Of a stretch of 64,000 nt of DNA, positions 50,363-60,177 are shown one piece after another. The stretch is from an uncultured Chloroflexia bacterium. GTDB lineage: Bacteria; Chloroflexota; Anaerolineae; CG2-30-64-16. The position numbers were made by a program, and so were the translations under genes. The stretch's first letter is position 1. Every line of letters begins with the position of its first letter. Location of the stretch: positions 160,001 to 224,000 of the forward strand of contig CAWEMM010000012.1 in the NCBI GenBank assembly GCA_963810095.1, read 5' to 3'. Under the pieces are notes generated by a model that was not told where the DNA came from, did no database searches, and saw nothing but the letters and a program-made list of their open reading frames with translations.

Positions 50363-52355
50363 GCTCGGCTTCTACGTGGAGAACACCACCGTGCCCTTCC
50401 TGCGCGACGCGTTCGTGAAGGTGAAGCCGCCCGTGCTGCTCATCCACGCCCAGGACCGCGGGCTGCTGCCGCGAAATCCGCAACACGCTGTCGCCCGACA
50501 CGTTTGTCATCGGCCGCATGTACGTCACGCCGGCCGAGCAGAGCGCGTGGCTCACCGGCGGCGACCCCGAGGGCGCGGGACGGGCCTTTGCCGAGCGCAT
50601 CATCAACTATGACTTCCAACTGGCCAAGGAGAAGGGCACGAACGGCCGGCTGCTGGTCGACGCGTGGATGAGCCTCAACGAGCCCGTCCGCGGTCCGGCC
50701 AGCTTTCCCGACGGGAATCCGGACGCCGAGACGCTGGCGCGCTACGACGCGCTCGACCGTTTCCAGGCCGCGTTCCTCGAACGGCTGCGGGCCGAAGGGC
50801 TGGAGGGCGTGGCCTTCAACTTCGCGGCCGGCAACTTCACCCGCAAGAACGATATCGTGCAGTACTTCCCGCGTACATTGGCCGCCTACACCTACCTGGG
50901 GCTGCATGAGTACGGCTGGCCCAACCTCATGCCGCGCGCCGACACGTCCTCGTCCGCGCTGACCTACCGGACCGTGATGGAAGGCATCCGGGAGCGCTAC
51001 GGGAACAGGCATAAGCTGATCATTACCGAAGCCGGGCTCGCTCGCATGTACCGCTACCCCAACGACCCGGCAGGCGACGTGGGTTGGCTGTACGGGGGAG
51101 AAACGATTTCCGAGGACCAGTACTGGCAGTCGCTGGCATGGTACAACAACCAGATGTTGCAGGACGACTACGTAATGGGAGCCAGCCTGTACCAGGTGGG
51201 GCACGGGGGGCGGTGGGAAACCTTCCGGCACCTGGGCGTGAACAACCAGGGCCAGCCGATCCTGCTGATGGACAAGATCGCCACCCTGAACTCGACCGCC
51301 GCGCCGCCGCCTCCCCCGGCCGAGCCGCCCCCAACGCCTGTTCCGCCGCCCGGCGACGAGCGGGCGAAGCTGCTGGCGCGCGTGCGAAGCCGTGCGGTCC
51401 GCAATGCAAGCTGCGGTTGCGGCGACCGACGCGTTCACGGCGGACCTGGCGAAGGCCCGCGCCGCCCTGGGACAGGCCAGCCAAGGCCTCTCTGCGGCCC
51501 CCACCCCCGAGGCCGTGCAGGCGCTGCTCGACCGCCTCACCGCGCTCGACGCCGCGCTCGCGGCCCTGCCGGCAGGATCGGCCGTAGACCCTGCACAACT
51601 GCGCGGGCAGATCGACGCGTTACGGCAGCAAACCAGCGCCCTGCTGGCCGCGGCGCGCAGCGTGGCCGGCCTGGGTGCGCAGGTCAAGGCGGCACAGGCC
51701 CGGCTGGCGGCATCTGACGCGAAGGCGGCGGAAGCGGCAAGGACGAAACAGGCGTCCAACCAGGTGCTCGGCCAGGCGAACACGCTCGCGGGCGAAATCC
51801 AGCCCGTGCCGCGCGCCCTTCCCGTCGGGCGGGGCCTGGAGGCGGCCGGGGAACCGGACGTGCAGGATGTCTCGGCGGCGCTGGCGGAGATCGTTCCAGA
51901 CCCCGGCCCGGCTCGTCCCTTGAGCGACGTCCGGCGCATCGTGATCCATCATACCGGCATGGCCGCAGATGCGACGCCGGAGGCGATCTTGCGCCGGACA
52001 GCAGGGCAGGGACGCCGCGGACTGCCCTATCACTACCTGGTCGACGGCGACGGGATGGTCTCGCAACTCGCCCCCCTGGATGTGGCGGTGAATCAATCGC
52101 GGCTCGCTGCGGTCGATGCGGATGCGATCGGGGTCACGCTGGGGGGCGACTTCGACCTGGCCGTCCCAACCGAGGCGCAGATGGCCGCTGCAGCCGAGCT
52201 GCTGGCCGGCCTGCTCCGCGATTTCGGGTTGGCCGTGAACGACATCTACGGCCGGAGCGAAACTGGAAGGGGGCGTCACCTCGCCCGGCCTGCAATGGAC
52301 GCAGGGCGTGCGCTGGGGCGACGACCTGAAGGCGCGTGTGGCAGCGATGGCCTAG
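50355..52355 (+). CDS. Second GH-A-like glycoside hydrolase + Pro linker + coiled coil + pseudo-amidase (apparent frameshifts near 50470, 51385 and 52260)
   Basis: Stitched ORFs 50355.., 50518.. and 51392..; 'SLNEP', 'LHEYGWP', 'IITEAG'; 'IVIHHT', 'YHY', tail 'IYGRSELEGGVTSPG...AMA*'. Confidence 0.7.
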
Positions 52356-52442
52356 ACTGATCGCAACATGTGGTTGCACATGGCTTTTCCACTTTGCGAC
52401 TAAACGCTCACCCCGCTGCGGCGGACAACGCGGGACAAAATA

Positions 52443-52528
52443 GGACACTGATTGGACCGATTTGACTGATTATCACGATCTTTTCCCGAAGGACTTGCGG
52501 ATCAGTTCAATCAGTTGCATCAGTGTCC
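52443..52528. repeat. Palindromic repeat, CTGATT ~9-mer family
   Basis: GGACACTGATTGGACCGATTTGACTGATT ... ATCAGTTCAATCAGTTGCATCAGTGTCC. Confidence 0.7.
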
Positions 52529-52578
52529 CATTTCGGATCGGTCCGGGAACGGGGGCAGGCATTCGGAGCTTTCGCGAT

Positions 52579-52606
52579 TTGACACCGCGCCAGACTCCTG
52601 TATAAT
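52579..52606 (+). promoter_or_regulatory. Consensus sigma70 promoter of the lysine operon
   Basis: TTGACA (52579-84), 16 nt, TATAAT (52601-06). Confidence 0.85.
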
Positions 52607-52636
52607 GCCGCCAACGTAACAAGGAATACATTACTC

Positions 52637-52711
52637 ATGATGCAACTGTCCAAGCGCTCCAAGTCCAAGAAGCCTTCCCTCGCCTGGGACGGCCGTTGGC
52701 GCTTGGGGTAG
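52637..52711 (+). CDS. Putative attenuator leader peptide 1 (MMQLSKRSKSKKPSLAWDGRWRLG)
   Basis: SD-like AAGGA at 52621; 4 AAG Lys and 3 Arg codons; followed by a terminator. Confidence 0.75.
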   Translation: MMQLSKRSKSKKPSLAWDGRWRLG

Positions 52712-52736
52712 CAGACAGACTGCCCCAGAAGTCCAA

Positions 52737-52779
52737 AAGCCCTGCCAGGCCGAAGTGCCAAAGGCAGGGTTTCTTTTTT
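52737..52779 (+). terminator. Attenuator terminator 1
   Basis: AAGCCCTGCC ... GGCAGGGTTT stem followed by CTTTTTT. Confidence 0.8.
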
Positions 52780-52832
52780 GTTCTCACCTGGCCGTCGCCA
52801 GGATGAGACCAAAAAGAAAACAGGAGAAACAC

Positions 52833-52898
52833 ATGCAGCTTAAGACAAAGCGCAGCGCGAAGCGGAACACCAGCTTGCCGGACCGGAGGTCTGGATAG
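52833..52898 (+). CDS. Putative attenuator leader peptide 2 (MQLKTKRSAKRNTSLPDRRSG)
   Basis: SD AGGAG at 52822-26; 3 AAG Lys and 4 Arg codons; in-frame upstream ATG at 52803 could add MRPKRKQEKH; followed by a terminator. Confidence 0.72.
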   Translation: MQLKTKRSAKRNTSLPDRRSG

Positions 52899-52930
52899 GC
52901 CGTCTCCGCGCACCCATGCGTCGTGCATGC

Positions 52931-52969
52931 AGCCCCTTCCGCCCAGCCGGCGGAGGGGGCTTTTTATTT
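52931..52969 (+). terminator. Attenuator terminator 2, directly upstream of lysW
   Basis: AGCCCCTTCCGCC / GGCGGAGGGGGCT stem followed by TTTTATTT. Confidence 0.85.
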
Positions 52970-52994
52970 CATCTTTGATAAGGAGAATCCTACG

Positions 52995-53165
52995 ATGGTA
53001 CTCAATGCACTCTGTCCCGAATGTGAAGGCGAAATCGCCCTGCGCGACCCAATCATGGGCGAGATCGTCCCATGCGCCTCGTGTGGCGCCGACCTGGAAG
53101 TGATGTCGCTCGACCCGGTTCAGCTGGAACTGGCGCCGGAAGAGCAGGAGGACTGGGGCGAATGA
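52995..53165 (+). CDS. lysW: Alpha-aminoadipate carrier protein LysW
   Basis: SD AAGGAG; CPEC...CASCG zinc ribbon; C-terminal EDWGE. Confidence 0.97.
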   Translation: MVLNALCPECEGEIALRDPIMGEIVPCASCGADLEVMSLDPVQLELAPEEQEDWGE

Positions 53166-54019
53166 CGCGCGTTACCGTGATTGCCTCCCGGATCCGAGTG
53201 GAGGAGAAGCTGCTGCTGCAGGCCCTGGAAGCGGCGGGTGCAGAGGTGAGCCTCGTGAACGACGACGAGATCATCTTCCCCGTCCCGGGTCAGGCGCCCT
53301 TCCAGGCCGACGTGGTGCTCGAACGCTCGCTCAGCGCGGCCCGCGGCATCTATGCCCTGCGCCTGCTGCAAGCGGCGGGCGTGCCCACCGTCAACCGCTA
53401 TGACACCGCCGCGACGTGCTGGGACAAGCTGCTGACCTCCGCGGCCCTGGCCCAGTGCGGCGTGCCCCAGCCCCGCATCCGTGTCGCCTTCACGAGCGAA
53501 TCGGCGCTGCAGGCCATCGAGGAGCTCGGCTACCCGGTCGTGCTCAAGCCGGTGGTCGGCTCGTGGGGGCGCCTGCTTGCCCGCATCAACGACCGGGACG
53601 CCGCGGAAGCCGTGCTGGAGCACAAGGAGACGCTCGGCTCCTACCAGCACAGCATCTTCTACATCCAGGAGTACGTCGCCAAACCGGGTCGCGACATTCG
53701 GGCCTTCGTGGTGGGCGACGACACCATCTCCGCGATCTACCGGGCATCGGGCCACTGGATCACGAACACGGCCCGGGGCGGCGCGGCCAGCAACTGCCCC
53801 GTCACGCCCGAGTTGGACGCGCTGTGCCGGCAGACGGCTCAGGCAGTCGGCGGGGGCGTGCTGGCGATCGACGTGCTGGAGGACCCGGACCGGGGCTTCC
53901 TGGTGAATGAGGTCAACCACACGATGGAGTTCCGTAACAGCATTCATACGACGGGCGTGGATATTCCGGCGGTGGTGGCACGCTACGTGGTTGGCTTGGC
54001 CGGCGTGAGCGAGCGCTAA
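53162..54019 (+). CDS. lysX: LysW-alpha-aminoadipate ligase LysX (ATP-grasp)
   Basis: 'RIRVEEKLL', '[11 protein letters not shown]', '[14 protein letters not shown]', '[11 protein letters not shown]'. Confidence 0.95.
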   Translation: MTRVTVIASRIRVEEKLLLQALEAAGAEVSLVNDDEIIFPVPGQAPFQADVVLERSLSAARGIYALRLLQAAGVPTVNRYDTAATCWDKLLTSAALAQCGVPQPRIRVAFTSESALQAIEELGYPVVLKPVVGSWGRLLARINDRDAAEAVLEHKETLGSYQHSIFYIQEYVAKPGRDIRAFVVGDDTISAIYRASGHWITNTARGGAASNCPVTPELDALCRQTAQAVGGGVLAIDVLEDPDRGFLVNEVNHTMEFRNSIHTTGVDIPAVVARYVVGLAGVSER

Positions 54020-54114
54020 CACAAAGACGCAAAGACACAAGGACACGAAGGTTCACAAAGAACAGTACCTGAGGTCATCTTTGTGCGCCTTCGGTTCTTT
54101 GTGACTTTGTGTTG
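54018..54114. repeat. Palindromic repeat, ACAAAGAC family, between lysX and lysY
   Basis: AACACAAAGACGCAAAGACACAAGGACACGAAG ... CTTCGGTTCTTTGTGACTTTGTGTT. Confidence 0.8.
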
Positions 54115-54127
54115 AAGGAGCATTCAC

Positions 54128-55204
54128 ATGACAGAAACTACGTTGGGAACGAGAATGAGTCAGGCAGCAGTGAGCGTGGTTGGCGGGTCGGGCTACGGCG
54201 GCGGCGAGCTGATCCGGCTGCTGCTTGGCCACCCCTGCGTCGACCTGGCGCAGGTCACGTCCGAGTCCCACGCGGGCGAGTTCGTCCACACGCTGCACCC
54301 CAACCTGCGCCCGTCGGGCCGCCGCGAGCCCATCCGCTTCACCAGCCTGGGCGAGTTGGGGCCGTGCGACGTGCTATTCCTGGCCCTCCCCCACGGCGAA
54401 GCGCAGCGCCGCATCGCCCACTTCGCCACCCTCGCCCCCCGCATCGTCGACCTCTCGGCCGACTTCCGCCTCTCCGACCTCGACCTTTACCGGCAGACGT
54501 ATGGCGCAGAGCACCTCGCCCCCCAGTTCGTGCCCGACTTCGCTTATGGCCTGCCCGAGGCCAACCGGGACGCGCTGCGCTCGGCCAGGTACGCCAGCGG
54601 CGTCGGGTGCAATGCGACGGCCGCAAACCTGGCGCTGCTGCCGCTCGTGCGAGCGGGCTTGCTGCGCACCGACCTGCCTGTGATCGTGGACGTGAAGGCC
54701 GGGTCGTCAGAGGGCGGCGCGAGCCACAGCGCGGCGAGCCATCACCCCGAACGGGCCGGTGCGATTCGCTCGTTCGCCCCGACCCGTCACCGCCACGAGG
54801 CGGAGGCCCGGCAGGTGCTCGGCCGGCCCGACGTCTACCTGTCCGTGACGTCCATCGAGCTCGTGCGGGGCGCGCTGGCGACGGCTCACGGCTGGGCCCG
54901 GCCGGGCACGACGGAAAAAGAAGTCTGGCGGGCCTACCGGGCCGCCTACGGCGCCGAGCCGTTCGTCCGCATTGTCCACGACCGCGGGGGCATCTACCGC
55001 CACCCCGAGCCGAAGCTGCTGGCCGGGACGAACCTGGCCGACGTCGGCTGGGAGCTGGACCAGTCGACTGGTCGCATCGTAGCCCTGGCCGCGATCGACA
55101 ACCTCGGCAAGGGCGCGGCCGGTACGGCCGTGCAGTGCATGAACCTGATGCTGGGCTGGGACGAAACCCTCGGCCTGGATGCGTGCGGGCTGCACCCGGT
55201 CTGA
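54128..55204 (+). CDS. lysY: LysW-gamma-aminoadipyl-phosphate reductase LysY (ArgC family)
   Basis: 'GGSGYGGGELIRLL', 'DLSADFR', 'GCNAT', 'GSSEGG...SHHPER', 'IDNLGKGAAG'. Confidence 0.92.
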   Translation: MTETTLGTRMSQAAVSVVGGSGYGGGELIRLLLGHPCVDLAQVTSESHAGEFVHTLHPNLRPSGRREPIRFTSLGELGPCDVLFLALPHGEAQRRIAHFATLAPRIVDLSADFRLSDLDLYRQTYGAEHLAPQFVPDFAYGLPEANRDALRSARYASGVGCNATAANLALLPLVRAGLLRTDLPVIVDVKAGSSEGGASHSAASHHPERAGAIRSFAPTRHRHEAEARQVLGRPDVYLSVTSIELVRGALATAHGWARPGTTEKEVWRAYRAAYGAEPFVRIVHDRGGIYRHPEPKLLAGTNLADVGWELDQSTGRIVALAAIDNLGKGAAGTAVQCMNLMLGWDETLGLDACGLHPV

Positions 55205-55206
55205 TA

Positions 55207-55281
55207 ACAGAAAGACAGAAAGACACGAAGCTTCGCAAGGCCATTTCCGACCTTTAGTGTCTTCGGTGCCTTTGTGGTGAA
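55207..55281. repeat. Palindromic repeat, ACAAAGAC family, between lysY and lysZ
   Basis: ACAGAAAGACAGAAAGACACGAAG ... CTTTAGTGTCTTCGGTGCCTTTGTGGT. Confidence 0.75.
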
Positions 55282-55292
55282 AGGAAAGTGGA

Positions 55293-56174
55293 ATGAATCC
55301 GATAGTGATCAAGTTGGGCGGCGCGGCCGGGGTGTCCGTTGCCCCAGTGCTGGCTGACGTGGCATTCCTGGTCGCCAACGGACAGCCCGTCATCCTCGTG
55401 CATGGCACGTCGGCCGCGGCCGACGAACTGGCAGGACGGGTCGGTGTGCCAGTGCGACACATCACCTCGCCCTCGGGGCATGTCAGCCGCCATACCGACC
55501 CCGATATGCTGGAGCTGTACGTGATGGCCGCCGCGGGCGGCGTCAACAAGGCGTTGGTCGCCGAGCTGCAGCGGATGGGCTGCAACGCGCTCGGGCTTTC
55601 GGGGGTCGACGGCCGGCTGCTGGTCGCGCGGCGCAAGGACGCGGTGCGATCGGTCGAAGGTGGACGCCAGCGCATCGTCCGGGACGACTACACCGGGCAG
55701 ATCGAAGCGGCAAACGGCGACCTGCTCCGCCTGCTGCTGAGCGGGGGGATGACGCCGGTCGTCGCGCCGCTGGCGCTCGGGCTGGGCGGCGAGCGGCTCA
55801 ACGTCGACGGCGACCGGGCCGCGGCCATGATCGCCGGTGCGGTGGGGGCCGCTGCGCTGGTCATCCTCAGCAACGTGCCCGGCCTTCTGGCCGACTACCC
55901 GAGCGAGGCGAGCCTCGTGCGCCACGTCGCCGCCGAGCACCTGTACACGGTCGAGCACCTGGCGCAGGGACGGATGAAGAAGAAGCTGCTGGCGGCAAAG
56001 GAAGCGCTCGACCGCAATGTGCCCACGGTCGTCCTGGCCGACTCCCGCCGCGCGATGCCGGTCAGGGCCGCGCTGCGAGGCGAAGGGACCGTGATCGGGG
56101 AGCGGGGCGGGTTGGATCACGACGACGGGCTCCCGGCGGAGTTTTTCGCCGTGTCCCAAACGGTGGAGGTCTAG
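55293..56174 (+). CDS. lysZ: LysW-aminoadipate kinase LysZ
   Basis: 'VIKLGG', 'LVHG.S', 'SPSGHVSRHTD', 'DDYTG', 'LNVDGDRAAA', 'LSNVPGL', 'GRMKKK'. Confidence 0.93.
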   Translation: MNPIVIKLGGAAGVSVAPVLADVAFLVANGQPVILVHGTSAAADELAGRVGVPVRHITSPSGHVSRHTDPDMLELYVMAAAGGVNKALVAELQRMGCNALGLSGVDGRLLVARRKDAVRSVEGGRQRIVRDDYTGQIEAANGDLLRLLLSGGMTPVVAPLALGLGGERLNVDGDRAAAMIAGAVGAAALVILSNVPGLLADYPSEASLVRHVAAEHLYTVEHLAQGRMKKKLLAAKEALDRNVPTVVLADSRRAMPVRAALRGEGTVIGERGGLDHDDGLPAEFFAVSQTVEV

Positions 56175-56175
56175 C

Positions 56176-57442
56176 ATGGGCGTACTCCTGGGCCTGGCGA
56201 AGACACCCGCTCAAATGGAGCGCCGGCCCTCCCCGGCAGCAGGCGGGGCAGCGGAACGCATCTTCACCGTGGAATCCGCATACACGTCCGGCCTTTACCC
56301 GAAGCGGCAGCTGGCTATCGTGCGGGGCGAAGGCGCGCACGTCTGGGACGCGGACGGGCACGAGTACATCGACTGCGTCGCGGGGCAGGGCTCGGCTAAC
56401 CTGGGCCACTGCCACCCGGCCATCGTTGCTGCCGTAACCGAGCAAGCCGGCCGGCTCATCACCTGCCCCGAGATCTTCTACAACGACGTCCGTGCGGCCC
56501 TGCTCCACCGCCTAAGCCTCGTCGCACCCGCGGGGCTGGACCGGGCGTTCCTCTGCAACTCGGGCACGGAGGCGGTGGAGGCAGCCATCAAGTTCGCCCG
56601 CGCCACCACGGGGCGGCCGGGCATCGTGGCCGCACGCAACGGCTTCCACGGCCGCACGATGGGCAGCCTCTCGGCCACGTGGAAGGAAGACTATCGCCGG
56701 CCGTTCGCACCCTTGGTGCCCTGCTTCTCGCACGTGCCCTTCGGCGACCTCCCGGCACTCGAATCTGCCGTGACGGACGAAACGGCTGCCGTGATCCTCG
56801 AGCCTGTCCAGGGTGAGGGTGGGGTCCACCCGGCAAGTGGCGAGTACCTGCGGGCCGCCGCGCAGCTCTGCCGCGAGCGGGGCGCACTGCTGATCCTGGA
56901 CGAGGTGCAGACAGGCTTCGGCCGCACGGGCAAGCTGTTTGCCTGCGAGCACTTCGGCGTGACGCCCGACCTCTTGGCCGTCGCCAAGTCGATGGCGGGC
57001 GGCCTGCCCATGGGCGCGTGCCTGATTGGGCCTGCGGTCGGCAAGCTGCCGCCCATGAGCCACGGCAGCACGTTCGGCGGCAACCCGCTCACCGCCGCGG
57101 CCGCGCTCGCCGCAATAACCGTTATGACAAGCCCCTACCCTACCCCGACGTCCGCCTACACGCTCGTGCAGCATGCGGGGCAATCGGGTCGCCGGCTGAT
57201 GGAAGGGCTGGCGGCCATCCGCTCGCCGCTGATCCGGGAAGTCCGCGGCCTGGGGCTGATGGTCGGCATCGAGCTTAAGGTGAAGGTCACGCCCGGTGCT
57301 GCAGCGCTTACAAGCGTTGGGAATCCTGGCCCTGCCCGCGGGTCTGACCGTGTTGCGGCTGCTGCCCCCGCTGGTCATCGGCGACGAGGACCTGGCCCGC
57401 GTCGTCGAGGCAGTTGAGGTAGCAACGGATGTCACGGATTAG
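56176..57442 (+). CDS. lysJ: LysW-aminoadipate semialdehyde aminotransferase LysJ (class III PLP; apparent frameshift near 57295)
   Basis: 'CNSGTEAVEAAIKFAR', 'FHGRT', 'EPVQGEGG', 'DEVQTGFGRTG', 'AKSMAGG'; shifted tail 'VLRLLPPLVI'. Confidence 0.9.
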
Positions 57443-57492
57443 CACGGATTTTTCTTCACCATCCTGCTAAGGCGCCAATCCGTGTAATCCGA
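57425..57492. repeat. Palindromic repeat, ACGGATT ~9-mer family, between lysJ and hcs
   Basis: ACGGATGTCACGGATTAGCACGGATT ... AATCCGTGTAATCCG. Confidence 0.7.
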
Positions 57493-57509
57493 TGCAAGAG
57501 GAGGTTCTT

Positions 57510-58661
57510 ATGTCCGTGGATCATTATTCCATCATCGATTCCACCCTGCGCGAAGGGGAGCAGTTCATTAATGCATCTTTTTCGACGGAGCAAAAGATCG
57601 CCATCGCCCATGCGCTCGACGAATTCGGCGTCGAGTACCTGGAACTCACGTCTCCCCAGGCGTCGCCGGGCAGCCTGGCCGACCTGCGAACGATTGCCGG
57701 CCTCGGGCTGCGCTCACGCATCCTGACCCACATCCGCTGCCACCGCGACGACGCCGCGGTCGCGCTCGACGCGGGCGTGGACGGCGTGGACGTGGTGATC
57801 GGAACCTCGTCCCGGCTGCGCCAGTTCAGCCACGGCAAGAGCATCGACGAGATCATCGCGATCGCAGGCGAGGTGCTGCCCTGGATCCGTGAGCAGGCGC
57901 CTGGCATCGAACTGCGTTTCAGCACCGAGGACTCGTTCCGCAGCGAGGAGGCCGAGCTGCTGCGGGTCTACCTGGCCGTCGACCGGCTGGGCGTCGTCAA
58001 CCGGCTCGGTATTGCCGACACAGTGGGCATCGCCACGCCCACGCAGGTGGGGCGCTTGGTGGGCACGCTGCGCCGCCTCACCCACTGCGACATCGAGTTC
58101 CACGGCCACAACGACGCGGGCTGCGCCATCGCCAACGCGTTTGCCGCGCTCGAAGCGGGCGCGACTCACATCGACACGACGGTGTTAGGCATTGGCGAGA
58201 GGAATGGGATCACCTCGCTGGGCGGCCTCATCGCCCGCATGGTGACGCTCGACCGGGGCGCGACGGCCGCCAAGTACCGCCTGGAGCGGCTGCGGCAGAT
58301 CGAGCTGCTGGTCGGCGAAATGGTCAACGTCGACATCCCCTTCAACAACTGCATCACCGGATTCAGCGCCTTCACACACAAGGCCGGCATCCATGCCAAG
58401 GCGATCCTCAACGCGCCCGAGACGTACGAGGCGCTCGATCCACACGACTTCGGGCTGACCCGCTACATCTCGATTGCCCACCGGCTGACGGGCTGGAACG
58501 CGGTGCGCGCCCGGGCCGACCAGTTGGGCCTGGCCCTGTCCGACGGCCATGTCAAGGCACTGACTCAGCACATCAAGGTATTGGCCGACGAGCGCGCGCT
58601 GACCCTCGACGACGTCGACAACCTCCTGCGCAACTGGGGCAACGGCAACGGGACGCATTGA
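57510..58661 (+). CDS. hcs: Homocitrate synthase (Thermus/fungal type)
   Basis: '[12 protein letters not shown]', 'LTHIRC', '[10 protein letters not shown]', 'HGHND', 'GIGERNGIT', '[11 protein letters not shown]', 'HRLTGWNA'. Confidence 0.93.
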   Translation: MSVDHYSIIDSTLREGEQFINASFSTEQKIAIAHALDEFGVEYLELTSPQASPGSLADLRTIAGLGLRSRILTHIRCHRDDAAVALDAGVDGVDVVIGTSSRLRQFSHGKSIDEIIAIAGEVLPWIREQAPGIELRFSTEDSFRSEEAELLRVYLAVDRLGVVNRLGIADTVGIATPTQVGRLVGTLRRLTHCDIEFHGHNDAGCAIANAFAALEAGATHIDTTVLGIGERNGITSLGGLIARMVTLDRGATAAKYRLERLRQIELLVGEMVNVDIPFNNCITGFSAFTHKAGIHAKAILNAPETYEALDPHDFGLTRYISIAHRLTGWNAVRARADQLGLALSDGHVKALTQHIKVLADERALTLDDVDNLLRNWGNGNGTH

Positions 58662-58717
58662 AACACAAAGACACCAGGACACAACGTTTTCGTTGTGTCT
58701 TTGTGCCTTTGTGTTAC
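58661..58717. repeat. Palindromic repeat, ACAAAGAC family, between hcs and lysT
   Basis: AAACACAAAGACACCAGGACACAAC ... GTTGTGTCTTTGTGCCTTTGTGTT. Confidence 0.8.
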
Positions 58718-58743
58718 AAGGCGATCCCGCAAGGAGCAGAAAG

Positions 58744-60075
58744 ATGGGAGATACATTTGCGCAGAAGGCGCTGGCGCGGGCGGCCGGGCTGGAGCACGTC
58801 GTGGTGGGCCAGATCGTCGACGCCCGTCCCGACGTGATACTCAGCCACGATAACACCGCCGCCATTGCCCGCCTGTTCGCCACGCTGGGCCAGGCACGCG
58901 TCCTCCACCCCGAGCGGCTGGCGATTGTACTGGATCATGCCGTGCCGCCGCCCACCGCCGAGCATGCGCAGAACCACGCGGACGTGCGGCGTTTCGTCGA
59001 GGAACAGGGGATCGGGCGCCCGGGGGCGGGCCACTTCTACGACGCCGGCCGCGGCATCTGCCACCAGGTCGTCGGCGAGGACGCGCTCGATCCTGCCGGG
59101 CCAGACCATCCTCGGAGCCGACAGTCACACCACGCATCACGGCTGGCTGGGCGCCTTCGGCGCCGGCATCGGGCGCAGCGAGGTGGCCGCGCTGTGGGCC
59201 ACGGGCGAACTCTGGCTGCGGGTGCCCGAGACAATCCGTGTCGAGTTGACCGGCAGCCTGCGGCCCGGACTCACCGCGAAGGACCTGGGGCTGTGGCTGC
59301 TCCGACTGTTAGGGCCGGAGGCGGGCATCTACCGGGCCGTCGAGATCGGCGGGCCGGGCGTGGGCACCCTGTCCGTCGAGAGCCGCATGGTGCATCCCGA
59401 ACCTGCTGGCCGAGTCGGGCGCAAAGAACGCGTACGTGGAACCCGACGCGGCCGTGTTCGGCTGGCTGGCCGGGCGGCTGGCACGGCGCACGGGTGAGCC
59501 GGTGGCAGACTGCCGGCAGCCACATCGAGGCCGGCGCGCTCTACCCTGACCCGGACGCTGCCTACGAACGGAGGCACGTTGTGGACCTGGCCGCGCTCGA
59601 GCCCGTCGTCGCGGTCCCGCACAACCCGGCAAACATCGCGCCGCTCTCTGAGGTCGCCGGCGTGCCCGTCCAGCAGGCATTCATCGGCACCTGCACGAAC
59701 GGGCGGCTGGAAGACCTGGCCGCGGCCGCGGCCGTGCTGCGCGGGCCCGGCGGCCAGGTGCGCCAGGTTGCCCGGGGCACCCGGCTGGTCGTCATTCCCG
59801 CGTCGAGCGAAGTGCTGCAAGCCGCGCTGGCCGCGGGGTACGTGGAGACATTCCTCGCCGCGGGGGCCATGATCGGCGTCCCGGGCTGCGGTCCGTGCAT
59901 GGGCAACCACCTGGGCGTGCCGGCCGCCGGCGAGACCGTGATCAGCACGGCGAACCGCAACTTCAAAGGCCGCATGGGCAACCCGGCTGCGCGGATCTAC
60001 CTGGCCAGCCCCCAGGTCGTCGCCGCCAGCGCGGTCCTCGGCCGGATCGGCGACGTGCACGAGATAATGGACTAA
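58744..60075 (+). CDS. lysT: Homoaconitase large subunit (three apparent +1 indels near 59089, 59393 and 59520)
   Basis: 'SHDN', 'LDH', 'GICHQ', 'GADSHT' (shifted frame), 'GTCTNGR', 'CGPCMG', '[12 protein letters not shown]'; operon context. Confidence 0.85.
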   Translation: MGDTFAQKALARAAGLEHVVVGQIVDARPDVILSHDNTAAIARLFATLGQARVLHPERLAIVLDHAVPPPTAEHAQNHADVRRFVEEQGIGRPGAGHFYDAGRGICHQVVGEDALDPAGPDHPRSRQSHHASRLAGRLRRRHRAQRGGRAVGHGRTLAAGARDNPCRVDRQPAARTHREGPGAVAAPTVRAGGGHLPGRRDRRAGRGHPVRREPHGASRTCWPSRAQRTRTWNPTRPCSAGWPGGWHGARVSRWQTAGSHIEAGALYPDPDAAYERRHVVDLAALEPVVAVPHNPANIAPLSEVAGVPVQQAFIGTCTNGRLEDLAAAAAVLRGPGGQVRQVARGTRLVVIPASSEVLQAALAAGYVETFLAAGAMIGVPGCGPCMGNHLGVPAAGETVISTANRNFKGRMGNPAARIYLASPQVVAASAVLGRIGDVHEIMD

Positions 60076-60154
60076 CAGGAAGAACCGAAGATACGAAGCG
60101 CCACAAAGATGACTTAACCGTTGTGAAACCTCGGTGTCTCCGGTTCTTCTTGTG
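60075..60154. repeat. Palindromic repeat, ACAGGAAGAACC variant, between lysT and lysU
   Basis: ACAGGAAGAACCGAAGATACGAAG ... CTCGGTGTCTCCGGTTCTTCTTGTG. Confidence 0.75.
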
Positions 60155-60177
60155 ACTGGTCGACTAGGAGCACGCAA

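Noticed and set aside
47265-52355. Prophage lysis cassette
   Set aside because: No holin, structural, terminase or integrase genes nearby; composition matches the host.
52607-52994. Lysine riboswitch or T-box in the lys operon leader
   Set aside because: No T-box GGTGGNACC antiterminator motif or recognisable lysine-riboswitch core; the SD-ORF-terminator units explain the region better. An Rfam scan would settle it.
52923-52994. N-terminal extension of LysW in the ORF track
   Set aside because: It overlaps terminator 2; the true start is ATG 52995 with SD AAGGAG.
28797-60154. CRISPR array suggested by the recurring short repeats
   Set aside because: Copies are dispersed single hairpins, not regularly spaced direct repeats with unique spacers; no cas genes in the window.
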